DNA from: Octopus sinensis
Taxonomy: Eukaryota
Length of the DNA: 64,000 nt
Direction of reading: 5' to 3'
Assembly (NCBI RefSeq): GCF_006345805.1
Contig: NC_042999.1
Span: 112,840,001 to 112,904,000, forward strand
Part shown: one piece after another, positions 37,908 to 48,364 of the stretch
How positions within the stretch are numbered: the first letter of the stretch is position 1
Layout: every line of letters begins with the position of its first letter
Translations under genes and position numbers: made by a program
Notes under the pieces: model-generated
What the model was told of the DNA's origin: nothing
The model's database searches: none
Seen by the model: only the letters and a program-made list of their open reading frames with translations

Positions 37908-40900
37908 CACCCGCCCTCCCACCCCCACCACGCATGCCGGAAGTTCCTATTCTCTTCCATTCCGGGGTTGCTTCCCATGAAGACTGCAAATGCTCTCACC
38001 ATCCATACCCCTCCCTACCCCTAGTCTCGACCTATGTAAGGTAATGTTCATACAGTGCAAAATATGAAAGGCTAGCGTTATGCAGGTTGTACTGAAGGCT
38101 ACTTTACTACTTCATTTCTTGCACATGAATTCTGCCAAATGCGAGCTTTCTTTTCAGGTACACGAAGCTACTGTCCACCGTCCCAGGGTCTCTAGAGCCC
38201 ATGCCTTCCACACCCTCAGGGTTGGCACCCTCAACGTTGGCACTCTGAAAGGTAGGTCTGGTGAGATAGTCGAGATGCTTGAACGGAGATGTGTGGATAT
38301 ATGTTGCATGCAAGAAATAAGGTGGAGAGGAGGATCAGCTAGGTTCCTCACAGGCAAGGAACGCAGGTACAAGATTTTCTGGGCAGGGAACACTGACGGG
38401 GTTGGTGGCGTGGGTATACTTATCGCTGAGAAATGGGTAGATAAAGTAATTGAGGTAATCAGAGTAAGTGACAGAATACTTAAGATTAGATTAGTGCTTC
38501 ATCATAGTTTAGCAACCATTATATCAGCCTATGCTCCTCAGTCGGGGCTACCCGATGGACAGAAAGACCGATTCTATGACACTCTACTGCAGACTACCTC
38601 ATTGACGAACGACAGAGACCTTATCTTTGTGGCTGGTGACTTCAATGGTCACGTTGGACGACATGCTGGGGGCTTCCATGGCGTACATGGAGGCTATGGC
38701 TATGGCTCCCGCAACGAGGAGGGAACCAGGCTGCTGGAGTTCTGCGATGCAAATAATCTTATGATTTGCAACACTAACTTCAGGAAACCTACCAGCCACC
38801 TAGTCACTTACCAATCGGGCCAACATACCAGCCAAATTGACTACATCCTTACAAGGCAAAGGGAGAGATGGCTGCTTATAAATGCCAAAACCTTCCCAGG
38901 TGAAGAATGTACCCCACAACATAGACTGGTAGTTAGTGACTTTAGGATCAGGACTAGGAGGACAACCAGAAGACGTCAAATATGGAGAAGAAGGATCTGG
39001 AAGCTTAAAGATCCTGCAAATGGACAGAGATTTAGGGACATATTACTTGAAGCCTCTGACGAAGTAGAAGGGGATAGAGCATCACAGGGGGTAGAAGACA
39101 GCTGGACGTTTCTAAGGGACAACCTGCTGAGAGCCACTGACCAGATCTGTGGCTGGTGCAAAGTCCCCTCTCGACCTAGAATAACGTGGTGGTGGAACAA
39201 TATTGTAGACAGGGCTATTAGAGAAAAGAGACAGGCTTGGAAGGTCTGGAAAAATGGGGGTAGCAGGGAATTGTATCAGACTGCCAAAAGAGAAGCTAGG
39301 AGACAGGTTTATTTAGCCAGAGGGGAAGCAGATAAGAAAAAATTTGCCAATGTTCTGCACCGTGAGGACCAAAGACTGGAGGTGTTTCGTGTTGCAAGAC
39401 AGTGTTTGAGAGAGAATCGTGATGTGGTAGGAGAGAAGTGTGTTCGCATGGAAGATGGTTCACTTGCGCTAAATGAGGATGCGAAGAGAGAGGTTTGGAG
39501 ATGCCACTATGAAAGGTTGCTGAATGAAGAAAATGAATGGGATAAAGAGAGTCTGCCGAATGTTGACCCAACAGAGGGACCAGCTATCCGAGTTGATAGT
39601 TCTGTGGTAGCTAAGGCAATTAGAAGCATGAAGACAGGGAAAGCCCCAGGCCCATCAGGAATCACTGCAGAGATGCTCAAAATGTCTGGTAGTGTCGGCT
39701 ATAGCCTAGTCACCCATATAGTTAATCAGGTGATACACAAAGGGGTCATACCCAATGACTGGTGTAGCAGTATAATAGTCAACTGCTACAAAGGTAAAGG
39801 TGATGCCCTAGATACAAATAACTACAGAGGTATCAAGCTGTTGGACCAGGTGATGAAGGTTACGGAGAGGGTCATAGCCCAACTAATTAGAGAGAGAGTT
39901 AGTTTAGATGAGATGCAGTTTGGGTTTGTGCCAGGGAAAAGTACTACTGATGCTATATTCCTGGTAAGGCAGCTGCAGGAGAAATACCTAGCCAAAGATA
40001 AGCCCCTGTACCTGGCTTTTGTTGACATGGAGAAAGCCTTCGACAGGGTCCCCCGATCCCTTATCTGGTGGGCAATGAGAAAACTAGGGATAGATGAATG
40101 GTTAGTGAGAGCTGTGCGGGCCATGTATAGGGACGCCGCTAGTAGGGTGAGGGTTGGAAATGAGTACAGTGAAGAATTCCGGGTAGAGGTAGGGGTCCAC
40201 CAAGGCTCAGTACTCAGCCCCCTCCTATTTATCATAGTCCTCCAGGCAATAACGGAGGAATTCAAGACAGGATGCCCTTGGGAGCTCCTCTATGCTGATG
40301 ACCTTGCTCTAATTGCTGAGTCGCTATCAGAACTGGAGGAGAAGTTTCAGGTGTGGAAACAAGGATTAGAATCGAAGGGCCTCAGAGTCAATCTAGCTAA
40401 AACCAAAGTCGTAATCAGTAGGAAGGTAGACAAATCACAAACACCTTCAGGTAGATGGCCCTGCTCGATCTGTAGAAAAGGTGTAGGTAGAAACTCTATA
40501 AGATGCACCAAGTGTAAGCTATGGACACATAAGAGATGCAGCAATGTCAAAGGAAGGCTAACTAGGAAGATGGTTTTTGTATGTGGCAGATGCTCAGGAA
40601 CAATAAACACTGAAAATGCTCTGAGACCAACTTCCGTCACTTTCCAGGGAGAAAAACTAGAAATAGTTGATAGTTTCCGTTACCTAGGTGACCAAGTCAG
40701 CAGCGGGGGTGGGTGTGCTGAAAGTGTAACTGCTAGAGTAAGAATAGCTTGGGCAAAGTTCAGAGAGCTCTTACCTCTGCTGGTGACAAAAGGCCTCTCG
40801 CACAGAGTGAAAGGCAGACTGTATGATGCGTGTGTACGAACAGCCATGCTACATGGCAGTGAAACATGGGCCGTGACTGCTGAGGATATGCGTAAGCTCG

Positions 40901-41847
40901 CTAGAAATGAAGCCAGTATGCTCCGATGGATGTGTAATGCCGGTACTCACACTCGGCAGAGTGTAAGTACCTTGAGAGAAAAGCTGGACCTAAGAAGCAT
41001 CAGTTGTGGTGTGCAAGAGAGACGTTTGCGCTGGTATGGTCATGTGGCGAGAATGGATGAAGATAGTTGTGTGAAAAAGTGCCACACCCTAGCGGTTGAG
41101 GGAACCTGTGGAAGAGGCAGACCCAGGAAAACCTGGGACGAGGTGGTGAAGCACGACCTTTGAACTTTAGGTCTCACTGAGGAAATGACTAGAGACCGAG
41201 ACCTCTGGAAGTGTGCTGTGCGCGAGAAGACCCGGCAGGACAAGTGAGTCCACAACCCGTGGCCTTCTACATGGGATGGAGCCAGCCTACGTATGCATAC
41301 CTTCCCTTCTTGGGACACAAAACTCTACTTGTGAAGACGTGTTGAGGCAAGTGAGGATCAGAATCGAAATCGATCAATGGAAATTGCGGATGTGCTACCA
41401 GTGCCGGTGGCATGTCGAAACTCTGCTTGTGAAGACCCATTGAGGCAAGTGAGGATCAGAATCGAAATCGATCAATGGAAATTGCAGATGTGTTACCAGT
41501 GCCGGTGGCATGTAAGAGAACTTTCCATTTCGCGACCGTTGCCAGCATCGCCCCGTTTCGTGTCCGTTGCCAGCCTCGCCTGGCCCTCGTGCCGGTGGCA
41601 CATAAAAAGCACCATCCGTTCGTGGCCATTTGCCAGCTCTGTCTGGCACCAGTGCGGGTGGCATGTAAAAAGCACCCACTACACTCATGGAGTGGTTGGC
41701 GTTAGGAAGGGCATCCAGCCGTAGAAACACTGCCAGATTTGACTGGGCCTGATGAAGCCTTCTGGCTTCACAGACCCCAGTAGAACCGTCCAACCCATGC
41801 TAGCATGGAAAACGGACGCTAAATGATGATGATGATGATGATGATGA
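37908..41847 (+). mobile_element. Near full-length RTE-clade LINE
   Basis: Single long APE+RT ORF, repeat-containing 3' UTR and (GAT)n tail at 41824-41847. The 5' boundary is uncertain and no convincing TSD was found. Confidence 0.9.
38080..41163 (+). CDS. RTE LINE polyprotein: APE endonuclease + reverse transcriptase with inserted PHD-type finger
   Basis: APE motifs GTLNV, CMQE, SAYAPQ, AGDFNGH, SQIDY, PQHRLV. RT motifs NYRGIKLL, QFGF, FVDMEKAFD, VHQGSVLSP, LLYADD, FRYLG. C4HC3 motif CSIC..CTKC..WTHKRC..CGRC. Confidence 0.97.
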   Translation: MQVVLKATLLLHFLHMNSAKCELSFQVHEATVHRPRVSRAHAFHTLRVGTLNVGTLKGRSGEIVEMLERRCVDICCMQEIRWRGGSARFLTGKERRYKIFWAGNTDGVGGVGILIAEKWVDKVIEVIRVSDRILKIRLVLHHSLATIISAYAPQSGLPDGQKDRFYDTLLQTTSLTNDRDLIFVAGDFNGHVGRHAGGFHGVHGGYGYGSRNEEGTRLLEFCDANNLMICNTNFRKPTSHLVTYQSGQHTSQIDYILTRQRERWLLINAKTFPGEECTPQHRLVVSDFRIRTRRTTRRRQIWRRRIWKLKDPANGQRFRDILLEASDEVEGDRASQGVEDSWTFLRDNLLRATDQICGWCKVPSRPRITWWWNNIVDRAIREKRQAWKVWKNGGSRELYQTAKREARRQVYLARGEADKKKFANVLHREDQRLEVFRVARQCLRENRDVVGEKCVRMEDGSLALNEDAKREVWRCHYERLLNEENEWDKESLPNVDPTEGPAIRVDSSVVAKAIRSMKTGKAPGPSGITAEMLKMSGSVGYSLVTHIVNQVIHKGVIPNDWCSSIIVNCYKGKGDALDTNNYRGIKLLDQVMKVTERVIAQLIRERVSLDEMQFGFVPGKSTTDAIFLVRQLQEKYLAKDKPLYLAFVDMEKAFDRVPRSLIWWAMRKLGIDEWLVRAVRAMYRDAASRVRVGNEYSEEFRVEVGVHQGSVLSPLLFIIVLQAITEEFKTGCPWELLYADDLALIAESLSELEEKFQVWKQGLESKGLRVNLAKTKVVISRKVDKSQTPSGRWPCSICRKGVGRNSIRCTKCKLWTHKRCSNVKGRLTRKMVFVCGRCSGTINTENALRPTSVTFQGEKLEIVDSFRYLGDQVSSGGGCAESVTARVRIAWAKFRELLPLLVTKGLSHRVKGRLYDACVRTAMLHGSETWAVTAEDMRKLARNEASMLRWMCNAGTHTRQSVSTLREKLDLRSISCGVQERRLRWYGHVARMDEDSCVKKCHTLAVEGTCGRGRPRKTWDEVVKHDL

Positions 41848-42039
41848 AGTTCAAATAAAGGTTGTAAACCTCATTAAGGAATAATAAAATCCAATGAATA
41901 TACTGGTTTATTACCTATCACAAGAAGTATTGAATATTACAATTAATGTTGTTTATATATATTTTTAAGAAAAAAAGAAAATAGAGAGATAATTAAATTA
42001 ATAATTATAATTATTTATTATAAAATTAGACATCATCTG

Positions 42040-42234
42040 TGACAGCTGTTTCGATTAAAGACTTTAGAAATGAATAGGAATAATTAAAAACATATTAAAA
42101 CCGAATCTCACTGGAGTTAGGTAAAGATATACTAATGATATTTCTTTAGCCAACTCTGATGTGATCCAGCTTTAATATGTTTTTAATTATGCTAATTAAT
42201 TTATTTCTAAAGTCTTGAATCAAAACAGCTGTCA
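42040..42234. repeat. About 195-bp imperfect palindrome ending in GAAAC-AGCT-GTC motifs
   Basis: tgacagctgtttcgattaaagactttagaaat..taattaaaaacatattaaa (42040-42100) pairs with 42171-42234. The interior also folds (tcac/gtga, gagtt/aactc). Confidence 0.8.
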
Positions 42235-42249
42235 TATATATATATATAT

Positions 42250-43044
42250 AGGGAGCAGTGAATAAACTGTCATCTAAATTAATCAAAAATGAAAATAGCA
42301 CTGACATCTCATTTTAACAGATATATTTACCAATATTACATAAAAATATCTTGAAATACTAAAGAGTAAATTTATTCAATAAAATCGCCATTGACTTCAA
42401 CTATGGCCTCTAGACGATTTTAGAATCTCCTGCAACTCTTCTGGATGGTCTTGTTGTTTAAGTTGGTGAATGCTGCCATAATCCTTGCCTTCAGTTGATC
42501 TTTGGTGTTACAAGGAGTTTTATTTGTCTCTTGCTCAACTGTGCCCCACACATAATAATCAAGTGGGTTGCAGTCTGGGGAGTTAGGTGGCCAGATATTA
42601 GGGGTGATGTAGTCACAGAAATTGTCTGACAGTCATGACTGTGTTTTACTGCTTGTGTGGCATGGTGTAGGGTCTTCCAGCAGTCACTCTCTTGACCCAG
42701 GGCAGCACTACTTCCTCCAGGCACTTGATGTAAGACTCTGTGTTGAGTCTGAGGCCGTGTGGGAAGATGAATGGAAGCATAACATCACCATCACTAGTGA
42801 TCACTCCAAACACCATGATGTTAACTGGATGTTTGATTTTTATCACTTCTGGTGTGAATGCCAAGCAGTACAGCATGGTATTTCCAAATTTCTGGCAGAG
42901 TGAATTGCGTCATGATGCTGTTTTTCTCACAGATGGTATCCAACTGACCTTTCTATACTGTGTAGTCAACAAAATCAACAACAAACAATGTGCATACATA
43001 AAATTAAAAATATAAAATAGTGACAATTTACCCATTGCACCCTG
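42250..43044 (-). mobile_element. Deleted Tc1/mariner-superfamily relic (DDxD type, probably maT)
   Basis: The minus strand encodes IMVFGVITSDG..YIKCLEEVVLPW and IWPPNSPDCNPLDYY. Degenerate TIRs agggagcagtgaataaactgtc / gacaatttacccattgcaccctg lie in TA flanks. Confidence 0.8.
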
Positions 43045-43324
43045 TATATATATATGTGTGTGTGTGCATGTATATATGCATATATCTATGTGTGTGCATT
43101 GTTGTATTTGTCACCACTGCTGCTTGATAACTGGTGTTGACTTGTTTATGTCCCTGTAACTTAGCCTACACAAAAGAACATCAAAATAAGAACCAGGCTT
43201 AAAAATAAGTACTGGGGTTGATTTGCTTGACTAAACCCTTCAAGGAGGTACCCCAGCATGGCCAAAGTCCAATAAGTGGAATAACAAGTAAAAGATGATA
43301 TATATATATATATATATATACATA

Positions 43325-43568
43325 TCATCATCATTTAGCGTCCGTTTTCCATGCTAGCATGGGTTGGACGGTTCAACTGGGGTCTGTGAAGCCAGAAGGC
43401 TGCATCAGGCCCAGTCTGATCTGGCAGTGTTTCTACGGCTGGATGCCCTTCCTAACGCCAACCACTCCGCGAGTGTAGTGGGTGCTTTTTACGTGCCACC
43501 CGCACAGGTGCCAGACGGTGCTGGCAAACGGCCAAGAACAGATGGTGCTTTTACGTGCCACTGGCACA
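43325..43568 (-). mobile_element. RTE 3'-UTR fragment
   Basis: Near-exact reverse complement of about 41600-41835. Confidence 0.9.
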
Positions 43569-44112
43569 TATATATACACACACATATATGCCCCATTAGT
43601 CTTACTAGCTGCATCGCCAAACTGATAGAATCCTGTGTCAGAGAAACCCTCTGGAACTTCTGGAAGTCTCACAGCCTCATCCAGCCGTCACAATTTGGAT
43701 TTATTCCTAACTCTAGCTGCTGTAATCAACTCATTGAGTTTCTTGAGGACATTACCCAAATCACTGATCATGGATCCTGGGTGGATGTTGTTTACCTGAA
43801 CTTTGCTAAGGCTTTTAAATCTGTGCCACACAAAAGACTTATGGTGAAACTCTCTGCTTTGGGCATAAGAGACGAACTCCATAACTGGTTGAAGTCCTTT
43901 ATTTTCGGCCGAAAAGAGGTTGTCACAGTTCTAGGACAGCACTCTTCCCCTATGAGATGACATCTGGTGTACCATAGGGATCTGTTCTTGGCCCCCTTTT
44001 ATTTGTTGCATATGTTAATGACATAGATGCCAACTTAAAGAATGCCACAGTGCTGAAATATGCAGATGACATCAAGCTGTACCTTGAAATAAAGAGGTCA
44101 GATCCTGTACAC

Positions 44113-46490
44113 CAGTGATTCGCAAGGTGGGGCGTACGCCCCACTGGTGGGGCCTGAGAAAATTCAGGTGGGGCGCGGGGCATAGACGTGGGCTGTGAAA
44201 ATATTTGTACATGACGAGCGGTCATCGCGGGCACAACCTTAGATTCCGTCTTTCCTTTGAAGCCTCCACATCGGAAACTCTCGCACCCCAGCGAGACAAA
44301 GAAGATCCCGCACTGAGCAATAAACTTACTATTCAGATAAGCCAATCAATTGCCTCAATTAGTTTGCCTCAATTAGTCTTTTGTTAGCCCTATTGAAAAT
44401 GAGCAAACCAAACAAGAAGAAGACTCGTCAATACGCGGTGGAGTTTTTGAAGTTTGGATTCATTCCTGATGAGCATGATGAGCGTAAACCGTTTTGCTTA
44501 TTATGTAATCAGACGATGAGCAATGAGTCAATGAAGGCAGGTAGGCTGGAAGCGCACTTAAAGGTAAGACATCCTAATAATTCTAATTTAGATTTGGAAT
44601 ACTTCAAATCATTGAAAGAAAAATTTAAAAACCGAACAAAACTCACTTCACTATTTCATGCAAAACAAGCGCCTCATACTCGTGCCCTTGAAGCCAGCTA
44701 CGAAATCTCCTTGCTTATAGCAAAACATGGAAAGAATCACACTATTGGAGAGCAACTGATTAAACCTGCTATCTCAATATTCTTAAAAACTGTATTACAA
44801 AAAGATGATGGAGATATCAGGACTATGCCACTCAGTAATAACACTGTCTCGAACAGAATAGATGAAATGGGGCAAGATGTTGAAAGCCAGCTCATTGAGA
44901 AATTAAAATTGCATAAGTTTTCATTACAAATGGACGAATCCACAATCCGGGACAGTGAGGCTCTGTTATTGACTTATGTGAGGTATATTGACCATGAGGA
45001 GTTTCAGGAAGAGATGCTGTTCTGCGAATCGTTTGAAACCACCACAACTGCAAATGATATTTACATCAAAATCAAACATTATTTGGATGCAAACAAAATA
45101 CCAAAGGAAAACTTACTGGCATGTGCGGCAGACGGTGCACCTGCCATGATGGGCAAGAATACGGGATGCTTAAAAACGATGAAGGATGAAAATCCAAACA
45201 TGTTGACTGTCCATTGTGTAATACACCGAGAAAACTTGGTTGCCAAGAAATTGTCCCCTGTTCTTAACAAGATTCTTCAAAGTGTGATCAAGTGTGTCAA
45301 CAGCATTAAAAGAAATTCTAAATCTGAACGTCTTTTTAAGCAGTTTTGTATAAATCAAAGTGCTGAACATGTTCGATTATTGCTTCATACAGAAGTAAGA
45401 TGGCTATCAAGTGGAAACTGCTTAAAGAGGTTCATGGAATTATTTGATCAGATTAACGACTTTCTTAGTGATAAATGTGAAATGAAATTGCTGTCAACAA
45501 CGGATGGAAAAGCATTTGTCAGTTATTTGACAGACATATTTAAGAAACTTGGAAACTTGAATAAACAACTTCAAGGTGCAAACATGACACTTATTGATGC
45601 AAAAGCAAAGATTTTTGGATTTATTACAGCTCTCGAATTATGGAAAAAGAAATTTTCCAAAAGAAATTTCAGTGAACTTTACTGGTTGAGTAAATGTGAA
45701 ATAACGAATGATGCTGGCATTGTAATTATTGATCATTTAAATATCTTGATAAAGGATTTCAATGACAGATTTTGCGATTTAAAGGCAATGAATTTTCCTT
45801 CTTGGTTAACTCAACCGCTTCTGATTAACGTTTCTGATGCTACAATCCAATACCAAGAAGAGTTATCAGAATTACAACATGATGAATCAGTGAAGACTTT
45901 GTTTAAATTGAAAGGTACAAAGATGTGGCTATATGACGAGGTTGAAAGAAAATATCCTAAAATTTCTACATCAGCGAGAGAGCTACTGATTCCTTTCCCT
46001 TCGTCTTATTTGTTCGAATGTGGTTTTAGTGCAGTTGATAATTTGCTCGAAGCCAAGAGAAACTGGCTTGAGATTACAAAACGTGGCGATTTACAACTGA
46101 AATTAACAAAGTTGTCTCCTCAAATTAAAAACTTGTGCTGTATGCATCAGGCACAGGGTTCTCACTAAATTAGTCGAGCTGACCGTCAAATAATTGAACT
46201 GAAAAAACGTGTTTCTTTATTCTTTATAAATTGACATTTTTTAAAAACATGAGAAATCGTAATAATTTTATCGATTTATTGGGTGTTATTATGCACTTTC
46301 AGTGCCTGTTGTTTCAATTCTCAAACTATTTTTTTGTATTTTGAATACAATTTTTTAATTTTTGATTTTTTTTCAATTGTAAGTAGGCCCACAAGTACTT
46401 GTAAATGTGAGTGGACATGGGAAAAGGTGGGGCGTAAAAACTTTTGCTATGAAAAAGTGGGGCGCCGGGAAAAAAGGTTGGGAAACACTG
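44113..46490 (+). mobile_element. Full-length hAT DNA transposon, Buster type (2378 bp)
   Basis: Perfect 8-bp TSD CTGTACAC (44105-44112 and 46491-46498) with central TA. TIRs CAGTGATTCGCAA / TTGGGAAACACTG. Subterminal GTGGGGCG motifs at both ends. Confidence 0.97.
44399..46168 (+). CDS. hAT (Buster/ZBED5-ZBED8-like) transposase, 589 aa, uninterrupted
   Basis: BED finger (CLLC...HLKVRH), MDEST, ADGAPAM, HCVIHRENL, EVRWLS and PFPSSYLFECGFS. The first ATG is at 44399; the track start is a TTA codon upstream. Confidence 0.95.
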   Translation: MSKPNKKKTRQYAVEFLKFGFIPDEHDERKPFCLLCNQTMSNESMKAGRLEAHLKVRHPNNSNLDLEYFKSLKEKFKNRTKLTSLFHAKQAPHTRALEASYEISLLIAKHGKNHTIGEQLIKPAISIFLKTVLQKDDGDIRTMPLSNNTVSNRIDEMGQDVESQLIEKLKLHKFSLQMDESTIRDSEALLLTYVRYIDHEEFQEEMLFCESFETTTTANDIYIKIKHYLDANKIPKENLLACAADGAPAMMGKNTGCLKTMKDENPNMLTVHCVIHRENLVAKKLSPVLNKILQSVIKCVNSIKRNSKSERLFKQFCINQSAEHVRLLLHTEVRWLSSGNCLKRFMELFDQINDFLSDKCEMKLLSTTDGKAFVSYLTDIFKKLGNLNKQLQGANMTLIDAKAKIFGFITALELWKKKFSKRNFSELYWLSKCEITNDAGIVIIDHLNILIKDFNDRFCDLKAMNFPSWLTQPLLINVSDATIQYQEELSELQHDESVKTLFKLKGTKMWLYDEVERKYPKISTSARELLIPFPSSYLFECGFSAVDNLLEAKRNWLEITKRGDLQLKLTKLSPQIKNLCCMHQAQGSH

Positions 46491-47469
46491 CTGTACACTA
46501 TAGATCTCTATTGCAAGCAGACCTGGACACAATGCAGCAGTGGATCATGGACTGGCAACTCAAGCTGGCTGTGGACAAATGTACCACCATGCATTTTTGG
46601 AGGAGAAACCCAGTGTCCACTTACTCCCTCCACAACACTAATCTCAAAAAGTCTTCATGTGAACGTGACCTGGGTGTTATTGTCGACAGCGATTTGCGTT
46701 GGACAAAACACATTGCTAAAATTGCCAAGAAGGCTGAGGGTGTCTTGGCATCACTCACCAAGTTTTTGTGAGCCGCTCTCCGGCTATCATTCTGTGGCTT
46801 TATATAGCTATGGTAAGACCTCACCTGGAATTTGCATCACTGGTTTGGAACCCCTATCTTGCCCAGGATATTAATTGTCTGGAAGCCGTTCAGCGACGTG
46901 CAGCCAAGAGAATACCCTCCATCAGGCATTTGCCATATTTTGAACGCCTTACTTCCCTGGGCATGGACACATTGAAACTCCGACGTCTAGCAGCTGACTT
47001 GGCAGACATCCATAGAATTATTAACTATCTTACAAACAATAACTTTGAGCACCTTTTCAAACCCCATCTGTCTAACTCCCGTGGACATGTTTACAAAATC
47101 AGAAAACAGCACAGCTCCCAAGGCTTTCAGAAACATTTTTTCATGCTAAGAGTTGCTGAAGCATGGAACAAACTGCTGGCATCTGCTGTTAGTTGTTGGA
47201 GCACTGCATCCTTCAAAACTTCCATGCTTCCTGAGATTCGCCAACACTACACCGGATTTTCTCCCCTCCATAAACACGCAAACATGTATCTGACTCATAC
47301 ACTGTTCACTTTCCAGACATTTGTACATTACTGCATATGCTTTATGCACACTTTTGACAAGTTGTGGTGCACCTGAGCACTGTATACAATAATTTCATTA
47401 TTATTATGGCCACAGCTCATGAGCTGAAACTAGAATCAATCAATCATATAAATATATATACACACACAT

Positions 47470-47660
47470 ATCATCATCATTTAACATCCGTTTTCCATGA
47501 TGGCATGGGTTAGTCAGTTTGACCGGAGCTGGTAGGCTGGAGAGCTGCACCAGGCTCTACTTAGTCGTTTTGGCACAGTTTCTACAGCTGGATGCCCTTT
47601 CTAACACCAACTACTTTACAGAGTATACTGGGTGCCTTTTAAGAGTCACTAGCACTGGCC
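47470..47660 (-). mobile_element. Diverged RTE 3'-tail fragment
   Basis: (cat)n-ttaacatccgttttccatg..tctacagctggatgccctttctaacaccaac. Confidence 0.75.
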
Positions 47661-48364
47661 TGACTACAATTTCACTTAGCTTGATGTGTTTTCTCAAGCG
47701 CAGCAAATCGTTAGAAGTTTTGGTCACTTATTGCCTCCATGAGACTCAACAACCAAAGATCATATTTCACTGACCTCGTCCCGTGTCTATAAATAAATTA
47801 AAATTAGAAAATACGAAATTATTCTGCCCATGGCAGAACCTTTGTGCTTGTGTATCATCCTATAGCTTCAAAAATGATGTATAATTTTATTTGGGAAAGC
47901 AACTGGTTTAAGTGTATCCCTCAGTGTAGATGTGTCTCCTCAGATGATTTCAAGTGGTATCTCGTTAAAATAAACTCTATTTCACACAACTTATTTCTAG
48001 ATGTTTTCTTCTTGGTTTTGTATTGTGTATTTGTTTCTTTTTGTATCTCATCTTTTGTTATGGATCTTCTATAAGAATGAAGTTGTATCCCTTAATTTGC
48101 TATAACTATTTTTGTTTTTGTTTTTGCAGTGTTAATGCTTTTTATATGTATATATATAAATGTAAATGCTTTCCCAAATAAAATTATACATCATTATACA
48201 TAATTATAAAATTATGCCAGGGATGGGTTGAAATGATTGTAGTGATCAATAAATATTCTCATATCTTCCATCTTCTGTCTCTCTCATTAATTAGTTATGC
48301 ATGTATATATATAAATAAAACTTACTTGGAAAAGGATGCGTGGCGTTCGATCATATAATACAAA

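Larger units (their letters stand above)
43590..47406 (+). pseudogene. 5'-truncated, inactivated CR1-clade LINE (RT), split by the hAT insertion
   Basis: PISLTSCIAKLIES, QFGF, YLNFAKAFKSVPH, GVP*GSVLGPLLF and YADDIK lie before 44113. After 46498 come ERDLGVIVD, VRPHLEFASLVWNPY and RVAEAWNKL. It has stops and frameshifts and an (ATT)n tail at about 47397-47406. Confidence 0.9.

Noticed and set aside
37941-37947. GAAGTTC as the 5' TSD of the full-length RTE (also found at the end of the tail, about 41846)
   Set aside because: Only 7 bp and could be chance; the element's true 5' end is not established.
41748-41775. CTGATGA followed by hairpin AGCC-ttct-GGCT in the RTE tail
   Set aside because: No GAAA follows, and other tail copies read CTGGTGCA or CTGATGCA at this position.
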